In this document: positions 37,746 to 48,700 of the stretch, piece by piece | How the letters are laid out: every line of letters begins with the position of its first letter | How positions within the stretch are numbered: the first letter of the stretch is position 1 | Assembly: GCA_045563715.1 (NCBI GenBank) | Contig: JBJLIP010000004.1 | Location: forward strand, 233,450 to 297,449 | Length of the DNA stretch: 64,000 bases | DNA from: Gammaproteobacteria bacterium | Lineage (GTDB): Bacteria > Pseudomonadota > Gammaproteobacteria > Magnimaribacterales > D2472 | Direction of reading: 5' to 3' | The notes under the pieces: model-generated | Told to the model about the DNA's origin: nothing | What the model saw: only the letters and a program-made list of their open reading frames with translations | Database searches by the model: none | Made by a program: the position numbers and the translations under genes

Positions 37746-38946
37746 ACCTTAAAGATACAGCAGGATCCAATCGTGCTGCTCTTCTAGCTGGCCATATCCC
37801 AAAAAACAAGCCAACAAATGCAGAAAAAGTAATAGATCCTACAACTGCACTAAATGGAAGAGCATAAGGCCAATCATTCAAAGATGAGAATAAAATAAGA
37901 ATTGAAACACCGATCATTATTCCTATTAATCCGCCAATAATACAAAGCAATATTGCTTCAACTATAAATTGCATCATTATAACTTTCTGAGTTGCTCCAA
38001 GAGCTTTTCTTAAACCAATTTCTCTTGTTCTTTCTGTTACAGAAACAAGCATTATATTCATGACACCTATTCCACCAACAATTAAACTTATCCCTGCTAT
38101 GCCCGCAATTAATGCAGTAAAAATTCCTGTAGCTTGTTTTCTTAAATCAGCAAATTGACTATAGTCACTAATCCTAAAGTCATTATCCTCACCTGGTCCT
38201 ATATCATGTTTGGCACGAAGTATTTCTTCAATTGACATCATAACTGCATCAATATTGCTATTGTTTGAAATTCCTACGTTAATAGAATCAACTTTATCAG
38301 TTCCAAATAACCTTTGAGCTCCAGTTAAAAGAGGTACATACAACTCATCATCTGGATTCTGCCAACCAGTTGATCCTTCCTCTTTTAAAATGCCAATTAC
38401 CTTATAAGAAACACCGGCTATAAATATTTGATTATTTAATATTCCTTGTACATTAGTTTTTAATTCGCCAGGTACGTCAGAGCCAATAACTACAACTTTT
38501 TTTCTACCTAGATTTTCATCTTCGGTAAAAAGTCGACCGTGCTCTAAGTCGTATCCTCTAACTTTAAAATGGATTGGTAAATAGGCGCCTACTCTTTCAT
38601 TTATATTTGCATTGTTGAATTTTATTTGACGATTTCTTGTAATAGTTGGAGATATCTTCCAATTGTGTTCTTTATTTTTTGTTAATGCTTGGGCATCTTT
38701 AATATCAAGAGGAATAATGCCTTTTGTGACAGCACCTCTTCTATTTTGACCAGGGCTTACGTATAAAGTTCTACCACCTAGATCATCTATACTTTGTTCT
38801 AATGCCTTTTCAGCGCTGGACCCCAACCCAATCACTGCTATTACTGCAGCGGTACCAATAATTATAGCCAATGAAGTAAGTATCGACCTGGTAGCATTAG
38901 ACCTTATAGATGATATTGCTGAAATGAGTGATTCTTTAAATACCAT
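37738..38946 (-). CDS. ABC transporter permease, MacB/FtsX-like
   Basis: MacB_PCD-type periplasmic domain between TM1 and TM2; C-terminal FtsX domain (REIGLRKALGA). Confidence 0.85.
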   Translation of the reverse strand: MVFKESLISAISSIRSNATRSILTSLAIIIGTAAVIAVIGLGSSAEKALEQSIDDLGGRTLYVSPGQNRRGAVTKGIIPLDIKDAQALTKNKEHNWKISPTITRNRQIKFNNANINERVGAYLPIHFKVRGYDLEHGRLFTEDENLGRKKVVVIGSDVPGELKTNVQGILNNQIFIAGVSYKVIGILKEEGSTGWQNPDDELYVPLLTGAQRLFGTDKVDSINVGISNNSNIDAVMMSIEEILRAKHDIGPGEDNDFRISDYSQFADLRKQATGIFTALIAGIAGISLIVGGIGVMNIMLVSVTERTREIGLRKALGATQKVIMMQFIVEAILLCIIGGLIGIMIGVSILILFSSLNDWPYALPFSAVVGSITFSAFVGLFFGIWPARRAARLDPAVSLRYE

Positions 38947-40145
38947 TATCCAAAACTAAATGATGCCTCAACTCTTTCTCTAAAACGTCTCTGATAATCA
39001 ACTAAGCTTTTACTAGGGAGAATATATACAACATCCCCAGACTCTAATCCATTGATGACTTGAACATTTGATAAATCAGATAGGCCTATTTGCACCCATG
39101 CTAAAGAAGGTCCATTCATTGAATCTTTAATAACTATAAATTTATTAAAATTTTCTCCTTTGACTTTTTTTTCTAGGAATTTATCAACAGTTTCAACAGG
39201 TATATTTAATATTGAGGCTGCTGAATAAATATCTTTTCTTGTTCTCAATGTCATTGATGGAACGCTAATTGATACTTCTTCATTGAGAATTTCAATTACA
39301 ACATCTGTATTCATTCCAAGCAGGAGAAGATTTTCATCATTATTGATATCAATTAATACTGGAAAAGTAGTAACGTTTTGCTCAATTCTTGCCAGTGGTT
39401 CAATTTTGGCTACAACGCCATAGAACTGTTTATCTCTGTATGCGGCAACTTTTATTGATACAGTTTGGCCAATAGAAATCTTACCAACATCAATCTCATC
39501 AACCAGTGCTCTCACCCTAACTTTAGATAGATCAGCCATAGTCATTAGCAAAGTTCCCCCACCTACAGCAGATGTTGGTGAAGAGATAACTTGTCCAACT
39601 TCTACAGGTCTAGAAATAACTGTTCCACTAATTGGTGACCTTACAACGGTATCATCAAGTGAAATCTTTGCATTTTCATATGCCACCTCAGTTCTTACTA
39701 GAGTAGAGTTTGCTTGAGCAAGATTTTCTTGAATATCTTCAAAATCTTTATCAGAAATACTTGCATTACTATGGAGTTCATTTCCTCTTTTAAATTGTGA
39801 CTCCGCATTTAGTAACCTAACTTTTGCGGCATCTAAATCTGATTTAGATTGGTCTAAGATATTTTTAGGAGTTCTTTGATCAATTTGGCCCAAAACAAAA
39901 CCTTTATTTATAAAATCTCCAACTTCAGCACCAAGAAATAATATCTCTCCTGATGCCTTAGATTTAATTTCGACAGAAGATATTGCCTCAATAATGCCTG
40001 ACGCTTCAATAGAAAGTTCAAGTTGTTTTATTTCTGTATTTTGCTTTTTATAATATGCTTTATTATCTTCAGGTTTGTTACTAGAACCGCAACCATAGAT
40101 AAAAAGTACTAATGTTAATAAATAAATATTTCTGTATGTGTGCAT
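38946..40145 (-). CDS. efflux periplasmic adaptor (HlyD/MacA-like) lipoprotein
   Basis: Lipobox LFIYGC, coiled-coil hairpin region, beta-barrel motif SPISGTV. Confidence 0.8.
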   Translation of the reverse strand: MHTYRNIYLLTLVLFIYGCGSSNKPEDNKAYYKKQNTEIKQLELSIEASGIIEAISSVEIKSKASGEILFLGAEVGDFINKGFVLGQIDQRTPKNILDQSKSDLDAAKVRLLNAESQFKRGNELHSNASISDKDFEDIQENLAQANSTLVRTEVAYENAKISLDDTVVRSPISGTVISRPVEVGQVISSPTSAVGGGTLLMTMADLSKVRVRALVDEIDVGKISIGQTVSIKVAAYRDKQFYGVVAKIEPLARIEQNVTTFPVLIDINNDENLLLLGMNTDVVIEILNEEVSISVPSMTLRTRKDIYSAASILNIPVETVDKFLEKKVKGENFNKFIVIKDSMNGPSLAWVQIGLSDLSNVQVINGLESGDVVYILPSKSLVDYQRRFRERVEASFSFG

Positions 40146-40148
40146 ATG

Positions 40149-40826
40149 TTAATTCCTGTTGTCTGATTTTATCAGACCATCCATAATTGTGATAATTCTG
40201 TTTGATTGTTCTGCAATACTATCTTCATGAGTAATTAGTATAATGGTTTGGCCGCCTTGATTAAGTTCTTTAAATAAGCTCATAACATCAGCGCCTGTTT
40301 TTGAATCTAAATTTCCTGTAGGCTCATCTGCGAAAAGAATACTTGGATTATTTACTAAAGCTCTTGCTATTGCTACTCTCTGTTGTTGACCTCCTGATAG
40401 TTCTGCTGGCGAATGATTCTTTCTATCTGAAAGGCCAACTTTATCAAGCGCATCATTACAACGTTTTTTAGCTTCAGTTTCTTTACAACCTGCATATTTA
40501 AGAGGAAGCATTACATTATTCAAAGCTGAATTTCTTGCTAACAAATGAAATGATTGAAAAACAAATCCTATTTCTTTATTCCTTATTTTTGCAAGCTGAT
40601 TATCAGATAATTTACTAACAACTTGATTATTTAAGCTATAAGAGCCATCTGTAGGAGTGTCCAAGCAGCCTATTATGTTCATCAAGGTGGTTTTTCCTGA
40701 TCCTGAGGGACCCATGATAGAAATAAATTCTCCTTTATCAACACTAAGGTTTATGCCATTTAAGGCTCTTACTTTTTGCGAGCCAACCTCATATTCTTTT
40801 ATTAAATTTTTAGTTTCTATCATCAT
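40149..40826 (-). CDS. ABC transporter ATP-binding protein, MacB/LolD-like
   Basis: GPSGSGKTT, LSGGQQQRVAIARAL and ILFADEPTGNLD motifs. Confidence 0.9.
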   Translation of the reverse strand: MMIETKNLIKEYEVGSQKVRALNGINLSVDKGEFISIMGPSGSGKTTLMNIIGCLDTPTDGSYSLNNQVVSKLSDNQLAKIRNKEIGFVFQSFHLLARNSALNNVMLPLKYAGCKETEAKKRCNDALDKVGLSDRKNHSPAELSGGQQQRVAIARALVNNPSILFADEPTGNLDSKTGADVMSLFKELNQGGQTIILITHEDSIAEQSNRIITIMDGLIKSDNRN

Positions 40827-40872
40827 AATTATTTAGACATTAATACCTGTAATATGTTCAAAATTTATTTGT

Positions 40873-42069
40873 TTAGAATTGATTAATATATGAGAGCCAG
40901 CCTTCTGCAGTATCTTTAGTATCATCAAAGTTAGTTGCAAGCAGAAGGTTAGATCTTGCTTTTTCTACATTATCTAATTCGAAATATGAAATTCCTGTAA
41001 TAAGCTCTATTCTTCCAGGTATATCATTCCAGCCTCTTTTCTTTGCTATATTGAATGATGAGATTGCTAGCTCATATTTTTCACTATCAAAAGCATATGT
41101 CCCAAGCCTAAAAGAAAGCTCAGGATCATCAGATATTTTTTCTGCTTTAACTAATATTTTTATGCCATTATCGAGATCTCTAGAATAAAAGTATGAGCTT
41201 GAGAGAAGTTTAAGATTCTCTTCATTTTCTTCAATCAGGTTTTTCTTAATACCATCATTAATAACCATAACGCTTTTAAGTGGTGACTTTTGATATAAAT
41301 AATACTTAGCCAATAGCAAGTAATCTGATTCTTTATTTAAAGTATCATTTTCATAAGCCAGTTCGAGTGCAGACAATGAGTCAAGCTCAAATTCTTTTGC
41401 AAAGTATAATGCGCTTACTTGATTCCAATACTTCTTCTTATTGGGTTCAAGAAATAATAATCTTGTTCCTAAATCTTCTGCATCATCTAGATTTTCAAGT
41501 TTCATGGCTAGGCTAAAAGCATATTCAATCCAATCTAATTGAGGTTTATCTGATTTGTTGTTGGCTTGTTTGATATGAAAGTATGATGGCTCGTATTGCT
41601 CAAGTCTCCCATGAGAATATGACATTAGTAAATTCACTCTTGCAGAAACAGGGTATTTATATCTTTCTCCAACTCTTATAAATTCATCTAACAAAGAAAT
41701 AACATTTTCGTATTTGCCGATCATAAAATATGTTTGTGCAAGTTGGAATCTGACTTCTTGTGCACCAATTCTAGGCATTTTTTCAGTTGCTAGAGCTTTT
41801 TCAAACCATGGTACTGCACTGGTGTATTGACTTTGAACTGCATAAAACTGGCCATACAATTGATATAAGAGAGCAGCTTCATAAGTTCTTCCACCTCTAA
41901 AATAATTATTATTACCCATCTCTAGCTCATATTGAGCCTTCTCATAATTTTCATTACCTATATGATCATGGATTCTTTTAAAGTAGTCAGACATCCATCT
42001 GCTAATAGTCTCTTCAGATGAAATTAGGAAAGATGTCGATAATAAAGTTAAAAAAAGTAATTTACGCAT
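40873..42069 (-). CDS. TPR-repeat protein of the TonB2-type cluster (TtpD-like)
   Basis: Signal peptide, TPR-like repeats, in the position after tonB seen in Vibrio TonB2 loci. Confidence 0.6.
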   Translation of the reverse strand: MRKLLFLTLLSTSFLISSEETISRWMSDYFKRIHDHIGNENYEKAQYELEMGNNNYFRGGRTYEAALLYQLYGQFYAVQSQYTSAVPWFEKALATEKMPRIGAQEVRFQLAQTYFMIGKYENVISLLDEFIRVGERYKYPVSARVNLLMSYSHGRLEQYEPSYFHIKQANNKSDKPQLDWIEYAFSLAMKLENLDDAEDLGTRLLFLEPNKKKYWNQVSALYFAKEFELDSLSALELAYENDTLNKESDYLLLAKYYLYQKSPLKSVMVINDGIKKNLIEENEENLKLLSSSYFYSRDLDNGIKILVKAEKISDDPELSFRLGTYAFDSEKYELAISSFNIAKKRGWNDIPGRIELITGISYFELDNVEKARSNLLLATNFDDTKDTAEGWLSYINQF

Positions 42070-42706
42070 TGCAAATAAACTCCACTGTTAATTCTCCAGC
42101 CTGTTCAACTGGTATTCCATTTATGACTTTAGGCTTAAATTGCCATCTTCTGATAGCTTTAGTTGCCTCTTTGTTAAAAAGTGTGCCATTGGTTGCTCTA
42201 ACAATCCTAGCTAATTTTACCCTACCATTGGGTCCAACGACTAGATAAATCTGAACAGTGCCATCAATACCACCTTGAATCGCTTGAATTGGACATTGAG
42301 GCTGAACTTTAACCATTGGAATTAGCGCGGAAGATGTTCCCTGTAAGTCGTTCATATTTCCTAAAAATGCGCCACTAAAGTCAACAGGAACAGAAAAATT
42401 TGGTAACTCAATATCTAAATTTGGCCGCACTAATTTTGTTTCTTGTTTTAAATCAATATCTGGTGGTGGTGGTGGTCGTTTTTCAGGTTTGGGTCTATCA
42501 GGAATTTTTCTATCTCTTTCTAGTAAAGAATCATCTGTGTTAATTCTAATAAACTCTAGATAGCTAATATCATCATCTTTCTTTTTATTAAAAATATCAG
42601 TAGATATTAAATATTGCATTAATAAAAAAATGCAAAAAGCAGCAACTAGTGAGAGTAAATGAGGAAGATATTGATGGTATTTCTTAGTTATCATTTTTAG
42701 CAGCAA
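42062..42706 (-). CDS. tonB: energy transducer TonB
   Basis: N-terminal TM anchor, Pro-rich spacer PDRPKPEKRPPPPPD, and a C-terminal TonB_C domain. Confidence 0.85.
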   Translation of the reverse strand: MLLKMITKKYHQYLPHLLSLVAAFCIFLLMQYLISTDIFNKKKDDDISYLEFIRINTDDSLLERDRKIPDRPKPEKRPPPPPDIDLKQETKLVRPNLDIELPNFSVPVDFSGAFLGNMNDLQGTSSALIPMVKVQPQCPIQAIQGGIDGTVQIYLVVGPNGRVKLARIVRATNGTLFNKEATKAIRRWQFKPKVINGIPVEQAGELTVEFICNA

Positions 42707-43094
42707 TAGATATGTTGGTTACGCCTGCTAACCTTATTTGATCCATTGCCTCTACTAATAATCCAGATCTTGATCTTTGATCAGCTTGAATAATTACAGA
42801 TCCTTCTGGATATTCAATTTTTAATCTTTCAATGTTTGCTCTTACAGCTTTTAAGTCAACCCGTCTTTTATCTATCCAAATTTCATCATTTTCGGTTATT
42901 GCAACTAATATATTTCCTTTTTCATCTCTCTCAGCCGTTTCGGCATTTGGTCTATTAACATCAACTCCAGTTTCCTTAACAAATGATGTTGTAACAATGA
43001 AGAATATGAGCATGATAAAAACTATGTCCATCATAGGAGTTAAGTCTAGTGCTGCTTCTTCTTGAGCCTTTCTTCTTTTGTTATATCTTCTCAT
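42684..43094 (-). CDS. exbD: biopolymer transporter ExbD
   Basis: LDLTPMMDIVFIMLIFFIV signature and size. Confidence 0.85.
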   Translation of the reverse strand: MRRYNKRRKAQEEAALDLTPMMDIVFIMLIFFIVTTSFVKETGVDVNRPNAETAERDEKGNILVAITENDEIWIDKRRVDLKAVRANIERLKIEYPEGSVIIQADQRSRSGLLVEAMDQIRLAGVTNISIAAKNDN

Positions 43095-43603
43095 ATCGCT
43101 AATTTTTCTTTTAAATAGATACGGGCTTCTTCTTGATATCTTTCTACTCTGTTTGCTAAATCAAATTTAAAGAATAATCCACTCAAGGCGATTGTCATAC
43201 CAGCCATTGTTGGAATGGTTGCTTTTGCAACACCAGTTGACATTGCTCTTGGATTACCAGTTCCTAGGACTGCTAGCACTTCAAACACTTCAATCATTCC
43301 GTAAACTGTACCCAATAAACCTAACATTGGGCACAAACCAATCAAACCATCGAGCATTTTTAGTCTTTGTGTAGCAATTCTTTTTATATGAATTAAAAAA
43401 GATTCTTCAAAAAGGTGAATGTTATTTTTATTTATTGATATTCCATTTGAGAAATTATTGTAATTCTTTTTGATCCAATTTCGATTATTGTAAGTTGTAG
43501 CAAGATACTTTGAAAAAATAATAAACCAAATAAAAAGAGTTACTAAAAAAAGTATATATAAAACTGGTCCACCCCTATCGAATAGATCTGTTAATCCAAT
43601 CAT
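43091..43603 (-). CDS. exbB: MotA/TolQ/ExbB proton-channel protein
   Basis: CPMLGLLGTVYGMIEVF and TTMAGMTIA motifs. Confidence 0.85.
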   Translation of the reverse strand: MIGLTDLFDRGGPVLYILFLVTLFIWFIIFSKYLATTYNNRNWIKKNYNNFSNGISINKNNIHLFEESFLIHIKRIATQRLKMLDGLIGLCPMLGLLGTVYGMIEVFEVLAVLGTGNPRAMSTGVAKATIPTMAGMTIALSGLFFKFDLANRVERYQEEARIYLKEKLAI

Positions 43604-44934
43604 TAGTTAACCTTTTTAACTATTGTGACTGCAACAAACTCCTCAATCTCCTGAAGAATCTCTGATACTTTTTCTGAAAGTAGTGTATACATTGCTAATA
43701 ATGGCGCAGCAAATATAAGTCCAAGCATTGTTGTTACAAGAGCTTGTGATATTCCACCTGCCATTTGTTTAGGATCACCTGTTCCAAATACTGTAATAGC
43801 TTGGAAAGTTTCAATCATACCTATAACAGTGCCTAAAAGACCTAACAATGGAGCAACAGCTGCTAAGAACTTTATCCAATTCACACCCCAACTCAAGTTA
43901 CCATTGACAGTTAAAAGAACTTCATCACACTCTCTTTCAAAAGATTCAACATCTTTGGAATTTTGAGAAATTGTCCCTATTTTATTAAAAATATCACTGC
44001 CATCTTTGGAGCGAATAGTTTTTGAATATGCGTATAAGGTGTAATATCTATATGCTGCAAAAAGTAATCCAACTGTACCAATTAAAACGATAATAAAACC
44101 AATTAACTTACCTTGTGCAATTCTTTCAAAAGTTGATGGTTTATCTAGATAGAGAGATAAAAGAAATCCTCTAGTAGGATCAATCGGTGCTACAGCATAA
44201 TCATCTGACTTATAATGTGATCTAAACTTCTTTCTTATAGATCTATCAGGTTGTTTTTGTAAAACGCTAAATGCATTATTTGGAACATCAGTTTTAACAA
44301 ATGACCTGCCTTTTACCATATTAAAAGGCCCATATCTTACAAGTGTGCTTTCTTCGATATCTCCTGAGGAGTTAACTACATTTGCAGTAATTTCTTTTAT
44401 TTCACCAGATGAAGATATTTCATTTAAATGAAGAATCCATAGATCTTCTAAATTTTTAAGATTATGAACTTTAATCTTACCAATTTCATTTAACGCATCA
44501 CTTCGATTTGGATACTCAGTAAAGTTATAAGCTAGCTCTGAATCTGCTTGAAGCTCACCAGCCATTTGCCTAGCAACACCAAAAAGCTCACCTAAAACTC
44601 CCAATTTAATATTTAACTCTGTTTCAAGTTCAGAGAGTTTAATTTCATTCGATTCAAATAAATCCTCAAGATTTTTATTTCTTGTCTCTTCATCAGATAG
44701 TTGTTTTTTTGCCTTAGAAAGTAAAAACCTTCTATCGGCAACTTTTCTGATAAATTCATTAACCCTTTTATTATCTATTGAAGAAAGCTCTGCTCTATTT
44801 TGTTCAACTCTGTTTATTAAATCTTGAATTTTTTCAACTCTTTCAACATTTGGGTCAACCTCTTCTGCTTCTTCTTGAGCGGGTATATATAAGCTGATAA
44901 AAAATAATGATGTTAGTAGATAAAACGTCTTCAT
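43603..44934 (-). CDS. long MotA/TolQ/ExbB-family protein with an N-terminal coiled-coil periplasmic domain (TtpC-like)
   Basis: Signal peptide, a coiled-coil region of about 250 aa, and C-terminal APLLGLLGTVIGMIETF..ALVTTMLGL. Confidence 0.75.
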   Translation of the reverse strand: MKTFYLLTSLFFISLYIPAQEEAEEVDPNVERVEKIQDLINRVEQNRAELSSIDNKRVNEFIRKVADRRFLLSKAKKQLSDEETRNKNLEDLFESNEIKLSELETELNIKLGVLGELFGVARQMAGELQADSELAYNFTEYPNRSDALNEIGKIKVHNLKNLEDLWILHLNEISSSGEIKEITANVVNSSGDIEESTLVRYGPFNMVKGRSFVKTDVPNNAFSVLQKQPDRSIRKKFRSHYKSDDYAVAPIDPTRGFLLSLYLDKPSTFERIAQGKLIGFIIVLIGTVGLLFAAYRYYTLYAYSKTIRSKDGSDIFNKIGTISQNSKDVESFERECDEVLLTVNGNLSWGVNWIKFLAAVAPLLGLLGTVIGMIETFQAITVFGTGDPKQMAGGISQALVTTMLGLIFAAPLLAMYTLLSEKVSEILQEIEEFVAVTIVKKVN

Positions 44935-45722
44935 TTTTCTACTCCTTGTACTGGTAAATTAATAAAATCAGGTGGTGCTTGTTTGTATGCTATTTTGAGG
45001 GCTGCATCAATTTCATCTGCATATTTGCCACCCAAATGAACCCATTCATTAGTATTTTTGTTCCAATATCCAGTTTCATCACCATCTGGAGTCATATAAT
45101 AAAGATTTAGACGTCCTAACCTAAAAAATTGTGCTGCAAGATTTACGCTATCAATCTCTATAGAGCTAGAATATGCTTCGATCGTTCTGCCGTACTCATT
45201 TTCTATTTGATAAGCTTCATATATTTTTCTAAATTTTTCTGCTGTTGAAAAATTAGCTTTAAATAAAATATCTTCTAATTCTCCTAATCTTGCATATCTT
45301 TCATCCGCAAGAAATGGAACATCTATTTCTATAAGTTCTCTTAGGGTTTTTACCATTCTTTCAAGTAAAGGTAATACATATTTATTTGTTTCATCAAGAT
45401 CGTCTATTTGTCTTGTGATATTAGCGATTTCTTCAGCTTGATTGATAGTGATTTTTTCTAACTGATTGTCATACTTGTTAAGAATCTCATACTCTACAAC
45501 AGTATCCTTATATTCATTAGTAAGTTTTTTTGATTCTGCATCAAGTTTATCAATTTGAGCTTGAGCTTTTTGTAGATTTTCAATTGTATTTGATTGGATA
45601 TCAATAGAATCTCCTACAAGCGACTCTGGATTTTCAGGAACAGTAGTTATATTTTGTTCTGCATCCTGTGCATAAGATTGAATAACAAAAAATAACAAAA
45701 ATAACGTGTTTAGTTTTTTCAT
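44931..45722 (-). CDS. DUF3450-like periplasmic coiled-coil protein (TtpB-like)
   Basis: Signal peptide, coiled coil, and the first position of the TonB2-type cluster. Confidence 0.55.
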   Translation of the reverse strand: MKKLNTLFLLFFVIQSYAQDAEQNITTVPENPESLVGDSIDIQSNTIENLQKAQAQIDKLDAESKKLTNEYKDTVVEYEILNKYDNQLEKITINQAEEIANITRQIDDLDETNKYVLPLLERMVKTLRELIEIDVPFLADERYARLGELEDILFKANFSTAEKFRKIYEAYQIENEYGRTIEAYSSSIEIDSVNLAAQFFRLGRLNLYYMTPDGDETGYWNKNTNEWVHLGGKYADEIDAALKIAYKQAPPDFINLPVQGVEK

Positions 45723-45736
45723 AGTTTAAATAATTA

Positions 45737-45755
45737 GGGCCTTACTAGAAGGCCC
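45737..45755 (-). terminator. GC-rich hairpin between the TBDR and the TonB2-type cluster (terminator or attenuator-like)
   Basis: GGGCCTT-ACTAG-AAGGCCC, with only a weak T-rich tail on the minus strand. Confidence 0.4.
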
Positions 45756-45781
45756 CTTATTATATAGTTTTTATAAAGATA

Positions 45782-48700
45782 TTAAAATCTATATGATGCG
45801 CTCAAATATACAGCTCTACCAAAAATACTATAGTAGCTTCTGTTAAAGTATGGGAATCCATACGCGCTATCTTTCTCAGGCATTTTATCTTCAATGTTAG
45901 CAACAGTTGCTCTTAAAGATAAGTCTGCTGAGTAGTTATAACCTACAGATAAATTAGCTGTGATGAATGGATCTCCTTTCTGACCATAGTACTGCTCTGT
46001 ATGACCAGTTCTATCCATGAATAAAGAAACTCTCCAATCATCATATCTCCATGTAGTCGTAGCAGTTTGCTGCGATCTTGGCTCATATAAATAATAGTCT
46101 AATAACTCTAAAGTGTCAGAGTTAGCATCTTCTTTTCTCTTTCTTGAGATAATGTTTGAATTGTATAAAACAAATCCAAAATCACCTGCAGATTCAGTTG
46201 AGAAGTTATATCTTAATGTAGTATCTACACCTTGGAATTCTTCAAAAGATTGGTTTGTATTATATGTTGTAATTTCATCATAATTACCAATACCATCTGT
46301 ATCTAAATCACCAGGAGTTGTTCTCTTGATTGACGCAAGTGTTTGAGTACAATCTACTCCAGCAAAATTAGCATCATTCAACCAAGTAGCAAAGTCCTGA
46401 CCAAAAGTACAGAAACCTTCTCTATTAGCTATTGCTTGAACATCAAGGTTTGTTACTGCACCTTCAAGTTTTACATGGAAAGCATCCATTGTGAAAGATA
46501 GTCCCTCTGATACATCCCAAACAAAACCTAAGTAGTAATTTTCACCTGATTCTTCTTCAAGTAATGTGTTACCTTGGAATCTACCCTTAATTGTAGATGA
46601 GTTATCACATGCTTGAAATGATGGCACGTTAGTAGCGAAACACTGGTAATAATCTGTTACAGATGTAAAGTATGAACTACTTCCAGCATAGACATAATGC
46701 ATGTCTGGAGCTCTAAAGCTTTCACCTGCACCACCTCTTAATAAGAAGTCATCATTTGGTCTGTATGCAAAATTAATCATCGCAGATTGTCTTCTACCAA
46801 CAGCACTTGATTCATCATCATACTCATCAGATCTTAATGCGGCTGTAACTTCTAATTTTGGATGAACAGGTAATAATACTTCTAGACCGAAGGATGTTCT
46901 GTCCCTGTCACCACCACCTTGTCTTGCTGAACCATTAATAAATATTTCAGCACCAGGCACTTCATTATCAGAATCAATTCTTCTCTGATCTGGTTTTAAT
47001 AAATAATCTTGCTCGTGATATTCAAAAACTGCAGCAAAAGCAATTGGACCACCAGGAAGTTGATAGTCTAATTCACCTGATACTTGATAATCTATCATAG
47101 TAGATGACGTTTGTGCGCCAGTTACTTCTGGAGCATTAAATGCGCCAACTGCACTATCAGGAATTGGAGAAAATGCTCTATCCCATGCTAAACATGCGTC
47201 ATATGTGGTTCCAAATAATGGATCAACAATAGTTCCTACACCACAAGGATGGTTTTGAGCTGCTGGTGTATCCATAAATCCATAATAAAAATTCGCATAT
47301 GATAAATAAGTTCCAGATCCGAAAGCATAAGCGGCGTTATAGTATAAATCACCTCTCCATTTATAGAATCCAGAAATATCAGTAGTGTCGCCTCTATCAG
47401 CACCTGTTATCCAATCGTAAACGGCTGTAGTTAAAGGAGATGATTCATAAACAGAATTGTATTCAGTTGTGCTTATTCCTGCTTGCCAATCAAACCCGTT
47501 ATCATAAACACCGTTAAGACCTATAAATAGATCAGTAACATCTTCTGAGTAATTTGACTCTCTTCTAGAATTTGGACCCATCATTCCGCCTAATGTTCTT
47601 GTGTATCTGTAACGTCCAAAATCGTTTGTACCGATAGCTCCATCAGGAACTACAGATGTTGCAAAACCTGAGTCTTGTCTTGTTGTGTGTGGTGTTGAAG
47701 TCCAAACATCAGACATTCTAAACCATCTTGAGAAACTATTAATAAATGACTCTGACTCGTAATAGAATGCTCTTGCACTTAAAGTTACACCATTGTCAAA
47801 ATTATAATTGTAAGTACCCATAAGAGTATACTCATCTCTTTCGTTAACCATTGTTTCCATATCATCACTATAGTCTTGAACACAATATGATCCTGGATAT
47901 GAATAAGGAGGTGATGTGTATCCATAATCACCTTTGTTCCATTTGAAACCAACTGGATAAATGTCTTCACAAGAGTATCCGTTTGCAGCAAAAGCATCAT
48001 AACCATACTCACCATAACCTCTTGGTGTTGAGTCATATCCTGAAATACTCTGCAATGACATTAAGTAATTAGCGAATACAGCATCAGATCTGTATTGGGG
48101 ATCGCTAGGATCAGACCATATTGGGTTATCATCCCAACTGTTAAAGTCTGATCTATCATTATAGTACATTGGATCAATGTGATACATATTTGCACCTACA
48201 GTCCAGCTATGGTTTCCAGAAAAACCTCCAGATGTAAATGTAAGATCAATAATATTGTCTTCACCATGCTCTGTCTGACCAACAAATGCATCAACTTCAT
48301 TATATTCCTTACCTGTTGTTGTAATAATATTAACAACACCTGTTACAGCATCTGAACCATAAATAGCAGATGAACCTGAAGTAGCAATCTCAATTCTATC
48401 TATAAGACCAGCAGGAATTGTACCTGTATTTACAAAGTTAGATGAGTTGTTATATGGGAATGGATAATCTGCCATTCTTCTTCCATTAACTAAAACAAGC
48501 ACCCTGCCTGGACCAAACCTTCTTAGGTCAAGCTCATTTGCATTTGGGGTAAATGTATTCACTAGAGACTCGTTTTGAGTAGCTGCGTTAGCAATTGGAA
48601 GACTTTGAAGGGCTTCGGTAAGGTTTCTATAACCATTATCCTTCATATCTTGTTTTGTTATCACAATTAAAGGAGTAGCCCCTTCAACTGCGCTTCGCTT